A stretch of DNA of 64,000 nucleotides from positions 400-64,399 of the forward strand of contig JAMCZU010000032.1 in the NCBI GenBank assembly GCA_023485405.1, read 5' to 3'. Positions 48,080 to 57,398 of this stretch are shown in pieces. The translations under genes were made by a program, and so were the position numbers. The notes under the pieces are model-generated. The model was not told the DNA's origin, ran no database searches, and worked only from the letters and a program-made list of their open reading frames with translations. Each line of letters starts with the position of its first letter. Positions within the stretch are counted from its first letter, which is position 1. This DNA comes from Patescibacteria group bacterium. GTDB lineage: Bacteria > Patescibacteriota > UBA1384 > UBA12157 > JAENIV01.

Positions 48080-48819
48080 TGAAAAATAAATCATTATTTA
48101 TTTTAACCGTTACTTTTGTCATTATTTTGGGCATTGCAATATTTTTAATTAGACCAGTTGTCTCTTCAATCCTTGCTTCATATAAAGATTTATCTCAAAC
48201 AAAAGAAAATCTTAAATTAATTGAAGAAAAAAAACAGATTCTTGAATCTTTAAAAAGTAACCAAAACTTAACCAAAGTAGCTGACATTGCGGAAAAATAT
48301 ATTCCCAAAGAAGAAGAATCGGGTCAATTAATTATTGAATTAACTGCCATCGCCCAAGCTAATAACTTAAGAGTTGACCAAACCTCAATTGAAAAATCAA
48401 AAGATACTCCCACTGCTGATAGCACTGATACTAACACCACTGGTAAAGCAACGCCAACACCGTCATCTACCACTGCTGGTTCCACTATTAAAACAGTTAA
48501 TTTTACCGAAAAATTAAATGGCAGTTATGTTGACTTTATAAATTTTCTCAAAGCGCTGGAAGCAAGTTCACGATTAATTCTGGTAAAAAATATTTCAATG
48601 CAGACAAAAACCGAGCAAGGTAAACCCACCTCTTTCGATGTCCAGCTTTCTGGTTCGGCTTATTACAAAAGTAAAGTTGATTTAGAGCAAAATTTGACCA
48701 ACATTAAAATTACCGAAGAAACTTTAAATAAATTCTTAAATTTAAAAAGCTATGGTCAACCAATTAATCTGCCGGGCGAATCAGGTTTCGGTCGAACTAA
48801 TCCATTTGAGAGCTATTAA
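48076..48819 (+). CDS. pilO: PilO-like protein
   Basis: TM, coiled coil, GSY..F..FL..LE..SRL, GR.NPF. Confidence 0.8.
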   Translation: MMKNKSLFILTVTFVIILGIAIFLIRPVVSSILASYKDLSQTKENLKLIEEKKQILESLKSNQNLTKVADIAEKYIPKEEESGQLIIELTAIAQANNLRVDQTSIEKSKDTPTADSTDTNTTGKATPTPSSTTAGSTIKTVNFTEKLNGSYVDFINFLKALEASSRLILVKNISMQTKTEQGKPTSFDVQLSGSAYYKSKVDLEQNLTNIKITEETLNKFLNLKSYGQPINLPGESGFGRTNPFESY

Positions 48820-48908
48820 AGACTCACCAATAACTAATCTGAACGAATAACCAATAACAAATAAAATAGTATTAGTTATTAGATAAAATTAGTTATTAGC
48901 GTGGCTAC

Positions 48909-49289
48909 TTACTCGCCGAGGGCCTTTTTAATTTTGGCAATGACTTCACCAGGCATTGTTTCTGATTTAACAATATAGTCAGTCGCACCTAATTTTTTGC
49001 CCTGTGCCCGGTCAACATCTTGAATTAAAGCAGTCAGCATAATAATCGGTATATCTTTAAATTCTACGTCACCACGAAGATTCTTTAAAACATCAAAACC
49101 ATTTACTTTAGGCATCATGACATCTAAAATAACCAAGGCTGGTTTTATTTCTCGAGCTTTATTGAGTGCTTCTTCGCCATTTTTAGCTTGAACAATTGTA
49201 AAACCTTCGGCTTTGAGACGATCTTCGTACATTTCAAGTAATGTTAAATCGTCATCAACTAATAAAATTGTCTTTCCCGTCTGCTCCAT
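48909..49289 (-). CDS. single-domain response regulator
   Basis: VDDD, LDVMMP, MLT, YIVK. Confidence 0.95.
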   Translation of the reverse strand: MEQTGKTILLVDDDLTLLEMYEDRLKAEGFTIVQAKNGEEALNKAREIKPALVILDVMMPKVNGFDVLKNLRGDVEFKDIPIIMLTALIQDVDRAQGKKLGATDYIVKSETMPGEVIAKIKKALGE

Positions 49290-49362
49290 AAAATTCCTTC
49301 TAGTTACAGTTACATTGTAACATGTAAATACAATCGGTCAAATTTGTCAAATCAATAGCTAA

Positions 49363-50088
49363 TCATTTGTTAACAATGAAGCGTAGATAAAAGAAGATAT
49401 CACTAGCGATAATTAAAAAAACAATCAAAACTAAAAAAAAGAGGACCAAAGATGAAGGTTTTTTTCGAGGTAGTGGTTCTGGTGGTGATTCTTTTAGTGC
49501 TAATGGTTCAAATTGAATTTCCGGTGATTCGGTCACATTTTGAGCCGAGGCGACCGGTGGAACAGGTGGCGGTGGAGGTGGTGGAGGGTTTTCTGGCGGT
49601 GGGGCAGCCGGTGGCGTAGCTGCTGGCGGTACGATTGGTGGGGCAGGATTTTCATTTTGCGGTTCAACATCCACCGCTTCAGTCACTGGTTTGGTTACCA
49701 CTTTTTTATGATACTTATTTAAAACATTTTCAATTTTTTTAATCACATCAGCCGGCATCACTTCTGATTTGATAATATAATCATCCGCGCCAGACTCAAT
49801 CGCCCGACTTTTGTTAATATCTCGAACTAGCGCCGACAAAATAATCACTGGTATATCTTTAGTCTGAGGATCGCTTTTAATTGAAGCTAATGTTTCGTAA
49901 CCATTGACTTTAGGCATCATAATGTCTAACAAAACAATGTCAGGTTTAACATGATGAATTTTGGCTAAACATTCTTCGCCATTACTCGATGTTTCCACCT
50001 TAAAACCGGCCAACTCCAACCTCTCCTTGTACATATCAAGGAGCATCTTGTCATCGTCAACCATTAAAACTTTAGTACTGTTGGGCAT
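49363..50088 (-). CDS. response regulator receiver with Pro-rich linker and C-terminal TM anchor
   Basis: Start probably MPNSTKV after GGAGGGG RBS; VDDD, LDIMMP. Confidence 0.88.
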   Translation of the reverse strand: MPNSTKVLMVDDDKMLLDMYKERLELAGFKVETSSNGEECLAKIHHVKPDIVLLDIMMPKVNGYETLASIKSDPQTKDIPVIILSALVRDINKSRAIESGADDYIIKSEVMPADVIKKIENVLNKYHKKVVTKPVTEAVDVEPQNENPAPPIVPPAATPPAAPPPENPPPPPPPPVPPVASAQNVTESPEIQFEPLALKESPPEPLPRKKPSSLVLFFLVLIVFLIIASDIFFYLRFIVNK

Positions 50089-50275
50089 TTCCCCTCCGCT
50101 CCGTGTTTTGCGTTCCTCACACGGAAGCAAAACCGGAAGTCCGCCAAAGTGAAATCTATTTGCAGATTCCAATAATTTGGATACTGCAAGAGATTGAACG
50201 CCGGCGGGTATCTACATTTATATATTTATTATACAACTAAATTTTGTGTCAAGCAACGTCAGTTGCACAATGGTC

Positions 50276-50430
50276 TTTTAAGCGAGCCATGTGTCTATCA
50301 AAGTAAATCGCGGAGCCGAGCGGGCAGGTGTGAACGCAGTGAACGAGCGAGGCGAGCGCTTAGGACCGATTTTCACGCTGGGAAAATCGAGTCCGGTACT
50401 TTGATGGACACTGGCGAGCGATCTCTTAAA
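50276..50430. repeat. GC-rich MITE/REP-like palindromic element
   Basis: Arms GCCATGTGTCTATCAAAGTA / TACTTTGATGGACACTGGC with internal GAGCG-type motifs. Confidence 0.6.
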
Positions 50431-51148
50431 ACTGCTTTAAAAAACGTAAATCATTGGCATAAAAAACTCTAATATCAGAAATCCCATATTTCATCATTGT
50501 TAACCTATCTATGCCAACACCAAAAGCAAAACCAGAAACTTTTTCCGGATCATAATTTGCTGCCTTAAAAACATTTGGATGAACCATACCAGCACCCAAA
50601 AGTTCCACCCAACCGGTCTGTTTGCAAGTCTGACAACCCTTACCCCCACAAATAGTGCAACTGACATCCACTTCCATCCCTGGCTCCACAAAAGGAAAAT
50701 AACCTGGTCGCCATCTAATTTTTGTACTTTCGCCAAAAAACTCTTTGATAAATTGCGCTAAAGCGCCCTTTAAGTCAGCCATGGAAACATTTTTATCAAC
50801 TACTAGTCCTTCAATCTGGTAAAAATTGGGTGAATGGGAAGCATCGGCCGCATCACGACGAAAAACTTCTCCGGGAATAATAATTTTAAAAGGTGGTTGA
50901 TGTTTTTCCATATAAGCCACTTGGCCCGCCGAGGTTTGAGTGCGTAATACTTTGTTTTGTTGACCTTTAACCACAAAAGTGTCTTGCATGTCACGTGCAG
51001 GGTGGTCTTTCGGCATATTTAAGGCGTCAAAATTATACCATTCACTTTCGATATCTGGTCCTTCGACCATTTCAAAACCAAGCTTCTGGAAAATCGAAAC
51101 CAATTTTCGTTCGACTTGAGTTAAGGGGTGTAAATGACCTTTTAACAT
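50426..51148 (-). CDS. pheS: phenylalanyl-tRNA synthetase alpha subunit (catalytic core only)
   Basis: GHLHP, HPARDMQDTF, YFPFVEP, GFAFG.G.DR. Confidence 0.96.
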   Translation of the reverse strand: MLKGHLHPLTQVERKLVSIFQKLGFEMVEGPDIESEWYNFDALNMPKDHPARDMQDTFVVKGQQNKVLRTQTSAGQVAYMEKHQPPFKIIIPGEVFRRDAADASHSPNFYQIEGLVVDKNVSMADLKGALAQFIKEFFGESTKIRWRPGYFPFVEPGMEVDVSCTICGGKGCQTCKQTGWVELLGAGMVHPNVFKAANYDPEKVSGFAFGVGIDRLTMMKYGISDIRVFYANDLRFLKQF

Positions 51149-51157
51149 AACCTTATT

Positions 51158-51574
51158 TTAGCAAGAGTGTATGTTAAATTCAAGAAATTGATTGACGGTG
51201 AGTATTTCAATATTTTTAAATTGCTTTAGTACTAACAAATGCTTATCACCTGTGACTAAATAACCCGCTCCTGCCATCAGCGCTGTTTCAATAATAAGAT
51301 TATCGTCTAGATCAGAAGAAATATTTTGCAAACTACCTCCTAATGGCACCATTTGGACCAATTCTAAAATTACTTCAATTAGTTCTTCGAGCTTTTCGTA
51401 AGGCAAGTTAAAATCTTCAGTCAACACCTCTTTTAATTCTTGTAATATGGCCATCGAACAAAAAATCTGGCATTTTTGTTGCGCCAGATCAATTGCTTTT
51501 TTGGGATTTCCGCCAAACAACACGGCCGAGATCCAAATATTGGTATCAAAAACAACTTTATTTTTCACCATACC
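51158..51574 (-). CDS. PIN-domain toxin (PIN_3 type)
   Basis: VVFDTNIWIS, D.DDN.IIETA, LVTGDKHLL. Confidence 0.9.
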   Translation of the reverse strand, partial: GMVKNKVVFDTNIWISAVLFGGNPKKAIDLAQQKCQIFCSMAILQELKEVLTEDFNLPYEKLEELIEVILELVQMVPLGGSLQNISSDLDDNLIIETALMAGAGYLVTGDKHLLVLKQFKNIEILTVNQFLEFNIHSC

Positions 51575-51800
51575 GTCTTTCGGCAATAGCTTTATCTATC
51601 TTATCAGCATCGATTTTTTTACCTTTGGCAAATCTTTTTCCCCACCGAGAAATATTTTCCCAGTTCGATTTACTACGAATGTACTTTTTGGCACCAATCC
51701 GAAGAACATCGCTGCGGCTTAAAGCTTCTTTTTTGGCAAATTTGTCAATCTCATCAAGAGTTTGCTCCGTAAATGAAATATTGACTGTTTTTAAAACCAT
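51558..51800 (-). CDS. ribbon-helix-helix (CopG-like) antitoxin
   Basis: VNISF...L..ID..A.....SRS.V.R; overlaps the PIN gene. Confidence 0.85.
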   Translation of the reverse strand: MVLKTVNISFTEQTLDEIDKFAKKEALSRSDVLRIGAKKYIRSKSNWENISRWGKRFAKGKKIDADKIDKAIAERRYGEK

Positions 51801-51928
51801 TTTTATCCTTTCGCAACACATTAATTAATATATAAATAGTTGTTGCGCCCTCCATAGCTAAATCTATTTTGAGAAGAGAAATAATCATCTACTTCTCAAA
51901 GAGATTGAGCGAAGGATGGGCTATTCTT

Positions 51929-51957
51929 ATAATATACAAATTTTGTATGTTTGTCAA
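51929..51957 (-). promoter_or_regulatory. promoter of RHH-PIN operon with internal palindromic operator candidate
   Basis: TTGACA-N17-TATTAT; ATACAAA-T-TTTGTAT between the boxes. Confidence 0.7.
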
Positions 51958-52011
51958 AGTTACAACTCTTCGGCTTCTTTGGTGGGACGAGCCAGTGGTT
52001 TCATATCACCT

Positions 52012-52425
52012 TTATGTAATATTCGAGTTTTGATTCTGCGCCTTGAGATTATTCGGAAATAAATAGCTAATCAACCAAATAAAAATAATATTTGCAACTA
52101 TTAATGTAATAAAGAAATAAGAAAAATAAGTTATAAAGTTAAATTCCCAGGAACGGGAAAAGAAGTTACCAATAATTAAAATCATGATCAAGCTCCCTAA
52201 TTCACTTAATATTAAACTAAACCATCTTGCCCAAACTTTCCTTTTTATTTCACAGATAAAAATTAGTAACATAAAAATAAATATGGAATTTAAAGTGATC
52301 GCTTCAATAAAAAAGGTTATACTGAGACCAATATTATCATAACTTCCTGTTATACTGTTAGCCAATAAAAGTGATAATAAAGTTAAAAAGAATAAAGATA
52401 TCATGAAAATTATAAACTTACTCAT
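52012..52425 (-). CDS. 4-TM membrane protein
   Basis: Hydrophobic, very low GC, cassette cargo. Confidence 0.6.
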   Translation of the reverse strand: MSKFIIFMISLFFLTLLSLLLANSITGSYDNIGLSITFFIEAITLNSIFIFMLLIFICEIKRKVWARWFSLILSELGSLIMILIIGNFFSRSWEFNFITYFSYFFITLIVANIIFIWLISYLFPNNLKAQNQNSNIT

Positions 52426-52454
52426 AACTTAGAATTCATTTTTTATTTTTATCC

Positions 52455-52590
52455 TTAAAGTTCTTCGGCTTTTGGGTTTAAATATTGCTCAATAATTTTA
52501 ATATTCTCTAAATCTTTTGGTATGTTCATCATCTTTTTCCAAGCAATCAAATCTTCAAGACGGATAAATTTAATTTTTTCAATTCATCTA
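52455..52590 (-). pseudogene. gene remnant (nucleotidyltransferase-like C-terminus) fused to the repeat
   Basis: IEKIKFIRLEDLIAWKKMMNIPKDLENIKIIEQYLNPKAEEL*, no intact 5' part. Confidence 0.45.
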
Positions 52591-52642
52591 ATAAGTCTTT
52601 CATTTTGTCCTTTAGAAAAATTTAATCACAATACTAGTAAAA

Positions 52643-52981
52643 CTAACCTATTAAATAATCTATTATTCCAGTTAATATATACCATGTGGAGAAAAACATT
52701 AAAAATGAAGTTATTGTTACAGCCAATATTACAACAAAAGCATCACCAAACGAACGTCCTTCTCTTTTACATAAAATTAATTGAACAATTACCGAGATCA
52801 AACAAGTAAAGAAAATAAAAATTAGACCGTATATAAAAACACCTAAACTTGCCCCAAAGTCGCCATCGCCTATAATATAGTTATAAAATGAAAAACATAT
52901 TCCCACAACAGCTAAAAATGTTAGAACACTGCCGAAAATATATAAAGTTAACCTATTTTGTAACCAAGCTTCTCCATTCAT
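52643..52981 (-). CDS. 3-TM membrane protein
   Basis: ATG overlaps the TAA of a repeat copy. Confidence 0.6.
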   Translation of the reverse strand: MNGEAWLQNRLTLYIFGSVLTFLAVVGICFSFYNYIIGDGDFGASLGVFIYGLIFIFFTCLISVIVQLILCKREGRSFGDAFVVILAVTITSFLMFFSTWYILTGIIDYLIG

Positions 52982-53037
52982 TACAACTTCTCTGCCTCTT
53001 TGGACGGTTGAACTAATGGCTTCATATCGCCTATTTT

Positions 53038-53268
53038 TTAGCCTTTAAGTAATCTACGAAATTCTTCAACTGAAAGACCAGCCCTTCTAATTTGCGAATG
53101 AAGTAATCCTGGGGCTAATTCTTTATGATTTGGTATTGAAAGCGGTGGTCGACCGGGACTGTTGGAATATAAAATCATATGGCTACCTTCTTGATGATCT
53201 AATTGATAGCCAATTTTTGAGAAAACTTTTACCGCTTTCTTACCAGAAATATTAGATAATATCCCCAA
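53038..53268 (-). CDS. hicA: HicA-family toxin
   Basis: G+......GSH, SIP.H.EL..G.L..I. Confidence 0.9.
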   Translation of the reverse strand: MGILSNISGKKAVKVFSKIGYQLDHQEGSHMILYSNSPGRPPLSIPNHKELAPGLLHSQIRRAGLSVEEFRRLLKG

Positions 53269-53484
53269 TTAAACTCCTACAGTTACATAACGAATTTCTT
53301 CAGATGGAACAATTTTGTGATGTTTTTTGATAACTTTTAAATATCCACTGATAGCTTCTTGAATATTTTTTAAAGCTTCTTCTTCGGTTTTCCCCTGACT
53401 CATACAGCCGGGAAGAGTTGGAGCATCAGCAATAAACCCCTCATATTCAGGATCATATTCTAGATAAATTTTGAATTTTTTCAT
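53269..53484 (-). CDS. hicB: HicB-family antitoxin
   Basis: P.LPGCMSQGKT.EEAL.NI.EAI. Confidence 0.92.
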   Translation of the reverse strand: MKKFKIYLEYDPEYEGFIADAPTLPGCMSQGKTEEEALKNIQEAISGYLKVIKKHHKIVPSEEIRYVTVGV

Positions 53485-53599
53485 TTTAAATCTCCGCAAT
53501 ATAAATATATCAGTCAAACAAGCAATTGTAAATAATCATAATTTTCGATTATTTAATCATTTACAACTCCTCGGCTTCTTTGGCTAGGATGAATAATAT

Positions 53600-54217
53600 T
53601 TAATTAAATTTAACAGTTGTTAAGATTTCTTGGAAATAAACAGGATCAGCTAGTCCGTCCTTTATGATAGCTAAAAGATAATGTCGGTCTTTCACAAATA
53701 TCTCAGTGGTCCCTTGTCCAAATCTTTGCTTTTCTGCTTGAGTCTCATTTAAAGCTTCGTGACTATCTATTGTTGTCATCGATGTTTGTCCGTCGGGATT
53801 TTCTTGTTGCCATTGCTTCGCCATATCATCAAACGATAAGTCATTAACATCACGAATATCACTCTCAGGCGAAACGCTACTATCAAATTGGGCATTAAAA
53901 CTAATCGCCTTAGCTTCTTGATCCGATAATATTTCTTTTGGATTATATTTCTCTGGTTGGACTGTTATCAATCCTAAATTACTGTCATATAAATACCAAT
54001 TAGAAGGATATTTAAAAGAATAGCCATATTTCGTATTTGCAAAAGTTTTCCAGTCAGAAGTATCGATATTTGGTGCTAGACTAGTAGAATTTGGAGTATT
54101 TGTTGGCGAAGTCTGAAATTTAGTCGAGCTATTTTTAGACAACCAAAAAATTACTCCTACCGATACTAACAATAGAACCCCCAAAATAATTAATAAAATC
54201 TTTAAAGTTTTGGTCAT
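53600..54217 (-). CDS. membrane-anchored PsbP-like surface protein
   Basis: TM, Thr/Pro linker, WKTFAN.KYGYSFKYPSNW, F..IL.T.KF. Confidence 0.7.
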   Translation of the reverse strand: MTKTLKILLIILGVLLLVSVGVIFWLSKNSSTKFQTSPTNTPNSTSLAPNIDTSDWKTFANTKYGYSFKYPSNWYLYDSNLGLITVQPEKYNPKEILSDQEAKAISFNAQFDSSVSPESDIRDVNDLSFDDMAKQWQQENPDGQTSMTTIDSHEALNETQAEKQRFGQGTTEIFVKDRHYLLAIIKDGLADPVYFQEILTTVKFN

Positions 54218-54258
54218 TTATAATTCTTCGGCTTCTTTGGGCGGCTGGGCTAATGGCT

Positions 54259-54555
54259 TCACAACCCAAGCGATTTGGCAAATTCGATTACTTTTTCTTC
54301 AGTGATTTCGTTTACAACATAGGTAATACGAAAATAAACTTTATTATCTATTGTGTCAATGCTAAAAATCCCCGGAATATGATTATTCCCTTGGGTATAC
54401 TCAAGATACTCGCATAAGTCACTATGAAACTTTTTTAAAATATCTTGGTTTTTATCTAAAATTTCAAAATAAAGATCTCGACTTTTGAAATTAGCAAAGA
54501 TTGTAAAACCTCGTTTAAATTTGGGAATATCTTTTGGAAGAATTTGTTTAACCAT
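54259..54555 (-). CDS. hypothetical protein
   Basis: AAGGA RBS; stop codon overlaps a repeat copy. Confidence 0.55.
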   Translation of the reverse strand: MVKQILPKDIPKFKRGFTIFANFKSRDLYFEILDKNQDILKKFHSDLCEYLEYTQGNNHIPGIFSIDTIDNKVYFRITYVVNEITEEKVIEFAKSLGL

Positions 54556-54634
54556 CTAATTGTATCCTTATATTTGTATTATATATTGAATTTGCAAATT
54601 TAAAAGGGATTAGTATTGAACTAACCCCCAAATG

Positions 54635-55294
54635 TTACCATACAAGAAAAGGCAATGCCGCAACAGAAATTACGGCGGCAGTATAAGCAATCGAGGAAGC
54701 AGCCCACGATGGTAAGGATGTTGACTGAGAAATTGCATCGCGTACTGTTTTTCGTATATTTGTAAAAGTGCCTCTTGTTGTTCGACAAAAACCGCTCGGT
54801 GGGTTCCAAATCCCAAACTGTGGACCATTTTGCCACCATGATATTAGATGAGCATTAAAGAGATCTTGGTTAGTCCACCTATCCTTAATATGCAAATTCA
54901 AATGCCAACCATTTCTTCCGATACAACCACCGACATTTCCTGGTTCCCAACGAATCATACAACGGTATCTGCCAACATTCCAACCAGCTCTCGTTTGAGA
55001 TTGAGTTTGAGATTGACTTACCTCTTCGACATCGAATTCAATATCAGACTCGTTTTGTGCTGACGCTGTTGCTACTACCTTCAACCGCTCAACTTCAGAA
55101 CCAGTTGGCTCATCGAAAGATGTTAACTGGAACTCTCCATTGTCATCACTAAAAATAACAATGGCGGATCCAGAATTTGTACTTTCTGCATCAGATGCTG
55201 ATCCTGTTGCAACAACCGTTTCATTGTGCCCACCGCCACCACCACAACCAGCAAGAATTACACAAACAACAAACAATACGAGTAATACTTTCAA
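54635..55294 (-). CDS. putative lipoprotein with hydrophobic C-terminus
   Basis: TTG start after AAAGGGGGA; lipobox LAGC followed by a poly-Gly run. Confidence 0.65.
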   Translation of the reverse strand: MKVLLVLFVVCVILAGCGGGGGHNETVVATGSASDAESTNSGSAIVIFSDDNGEFQLTSFDEPTGSEVERLKVVATASAQNESDIEFDVEEVSQSQTQSQTRAGWNVGRYRCMIRWEPGNVGGCIGRNGWHLNLHIKDRWTNQDLFNAHLISWWQNGPQFGIWNPPSGFCRTTRGTFTNIRKTVRDAISQSTSLPSWAASSIAYTAAVISVAALPFLVW

Positions 55295-55388
55295 GGTACT
55301 TTCCCCCTTTTGATCGTGTAGCACTAAAAACAATACCAGCTATATTAAAAGGAATTTCTAATATTATGTCAATATTTTGAGTACTTTT

Positions 55389-57236
55389 TTACAACTCTTC
55401 GGCTTCTTTGGGCGGCTGGGCTAAAGGTTTTAATTCTTCTTTGTTTTTGGGCACTTGGGCCTCAAGATCTTGGATCTCTTTTTGCACTTTAGCCTCGGGC
55501 AAAGAAAAAGTAAAAGTCGAACCTTTGCCTTGACCTTCGCTGTCAGCCCAGACCCGACCATGATGAAGCTCAACTAAGGCTCGGGTAATATAGAGTCCTA
55601 AACCAGTGCCCTGCGATTCGGCGGTGGTGTAATCGCCCACTCGATGAAATTTCTTAAATAATTTCGGCAATTCTTCTTTAGGAATACCAATGCCTTGATC
55701 TTTAACATGAATTAAAATTTGCCGTGGACCTACCAATCGCTTTAGCCGCTCATCCACCGCCGATTTAATCGCCTCTTGATCATCTAATGGCCCGTCCTTA
55801 ATCATTCCTTCAATTTTACTCCAAGTTGCTTGGACTTGCTCCGTTGGCACGGTTTCGATAAGGAGCTGAATTTCGCCCGGCTCTTTGGAATATTTAATCG
55901 AGTTACCAATTAAATTCACCAAAATTTCCTTGATTTTATCGGAATCGCCAAAAGTTTCCCAATGATTGGCATTTTGAAAAACAATTTTTTGCTTTCTTTC
56001 CTCGGCCTTGAATTTTAATTCATCAATGGTTTGTTCAATGACGCCCGTCAGACTGACTTCTTTCTTTTCAACCAAGAGTCTTCCTTCTTCGATGCGAGAG
56101 ACATTTAACATATCTGTGACGAGCCTGGCCAAGCGCTTGGCCGAAGCATAAACCCGATCCATATAATGAATGGCCTTGGGATCATCAATTCTCGCCAATT
56201 TTTCATCCAGCATCATTGAAAGATAACCTTCGATCGCTGAAACAGGTGTTAATAATTCATGGCTCGCCAAGGATACAAATTCGGTTTTCATCTTGTCGAG
56301 TTCCTTGAGATGTTCGTTGGCATGAGCCAATTGTTCAGCTGTTTCTTCTAGTTGCTTGCGAAATTCAATTTCTCGCTTAACAGACTTAATTAGAAGATAG
56401 CCGCCATAACAAACTATTGTTAAAATAATGAAATCAATAAATCTTTCTTCGATAGTTTCCGAAAAAATAAGTTGAGCTAAAAGCGCTAGCACGACAACCC
56501 CTAAAGCTGTTTCGGTTAAAATAACTTTAATATCAAAAAGCTCGTACTTAATAATTGCATATGCCGTAAAACTTACTAAAATAACTGATGAAACATAGCC
56601 AAAGTTACTTAAAAACTCAAATGTTGTTCCAAAAAATGCAGGTAATATAACATCTGTAACAATTATTACTGAACTAGAAATTATTGCTCCAGCAAATAAC
56701 CACTTTATTTTTTTCTTGGATTCTTCGTTAGATTTTTTATAATTGATTAAAATTAACGAGATAAAAATAATTAGATTAATAAGAATACCTATTAAAAATA
56801 CTGGTAACAATTGTCCGTACTCAAAGGTAAGTATATTATTTTGAAAATAAATTCTTCCAATAAAACTTGGACTCAAGGCAATTATCGAAATAAATATTGA
56901 GATTAATAAACAAAAAACATCAACAAATTTCATAATTTTTATATTTTCTGAGATTTTTTGAGGAAAATAAATAATAAAATGTACTAACAAATAAAGTACA
57001 AGAGCACCTAAGGTATACGTTAGTCTTGCCCAAAGTAAATTTAAATTATATGTTTGGTTAATTAATGTTAAAAGATTTACAGCTTGCCAAACCGCAATAG
57101 AAAAAGCTAGATATGAAAAGTTAAGAGAATTATTTTTCTTCCATCCTTCATTAGTAACTAGAGTTATAAAACCTAAAAATAAGGTTAAACAAATTATTAT
57201 AATTAGAAAAGAAAGTAATGTATTACTCAAATCCAT
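55389..57236 (-). CDS. sensor histidine kinase with N-terminal multi-TM (7TM-type) domain
   Basis: SHELLTP H-box, NLIGNSIKYS, DQGIGI, GTGLGL, GSTFTF. Confidence 0.95.
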   Translation of the reverse strand: MDLSNTLLSFLIIIICLTLFLGFITLVTNEGWKKNNSLNFSYLAFSIAVWQAVNLLTLINQTYNLNLLWARLTYTLGALVLYLLVHFIIYFPQKISENIKIMKFVDVFCLLISIFISIIALSPSFIGRIYFQNNILTFEYGQLLPVFLIGILINLIIFISLILINYKKSNEESKKKIKWLFAGAIISSSVIIVTDVILPAFFGTTFEFLSNFGYVSSVILVSFTAYAIIKYELFDIKVILTETALGVVVLALLAQLIFSETIEERFIDFIILTIVCYGGYLLIKSVKREIEFRKQLEETAEQLAHANEHLKELDKMKTEFVSLASHELLTPVSAIEGYLSMMLDEKLARIDDPKAIHYMDRVYASAKRLARLVTDMLNVSRIEEGRLLVEKKEVSLTGVIEQTIDELKFKAEERKQKIVFQNANHWETFGDSDKIKEILVNLIGNSIKYSKEPGEIQLLIETVPTEQVQATWSKIEGMIKDGPLDDQEAIKSAVDERLKRLVGPRQILIHVKDQGIGIPKEELPKLFKKFHRVGDYTTAESQGTGLGLYITRALVELHHGRVWADSEGQGKGSTFTFSLPEAKVQKEIQDLEAQVPKNKEELKPLAQPPKEAEEL

Positions 57237-57398
57237 ATAATTCTCCTGTTAACTTTATTATACCATCATAATTACAATTTTATTACTATCAAGTAGTCTT
57301 TGTTGCAAAAACATTTTTATAACAGGAAATGAAAAGTCTTGACAGGAAACGATATTATATGTTCTACTATATTTAAAAGGCAAAAGGAGGTGGTCAAA

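Larger units (their letters stand above)
51960..55430 (-). repeat. six dispersed direct repeats of the histidine kinase 3' end delimiting gene cassettes
   Basis: Copies at 51960, 52455, 52981, 53561, 54218 and 55389; core CCAAAGAAGCCGAAGAGTTGTAA. Confidence 0.9.

Noticed and set aside
50090-50140. c-di-GMP-I riboswitch
   Set aside because: GGAACGCAAAAC resembles one strand, but the GGCAAAC/GAAA P2 elements are missing.
50194-50472. 92-aa plus-strand ORF
   Set aside because: It is a translation of a palindromic repeat element and overlaps pheS antisense.
51960-55430. CRISPR array or classical integron
   Set aside because: Spacers are 0.5-1.2 kb genes, the repeats are non-palindromic coding tails, and no cas, intI or attC structure was seen.
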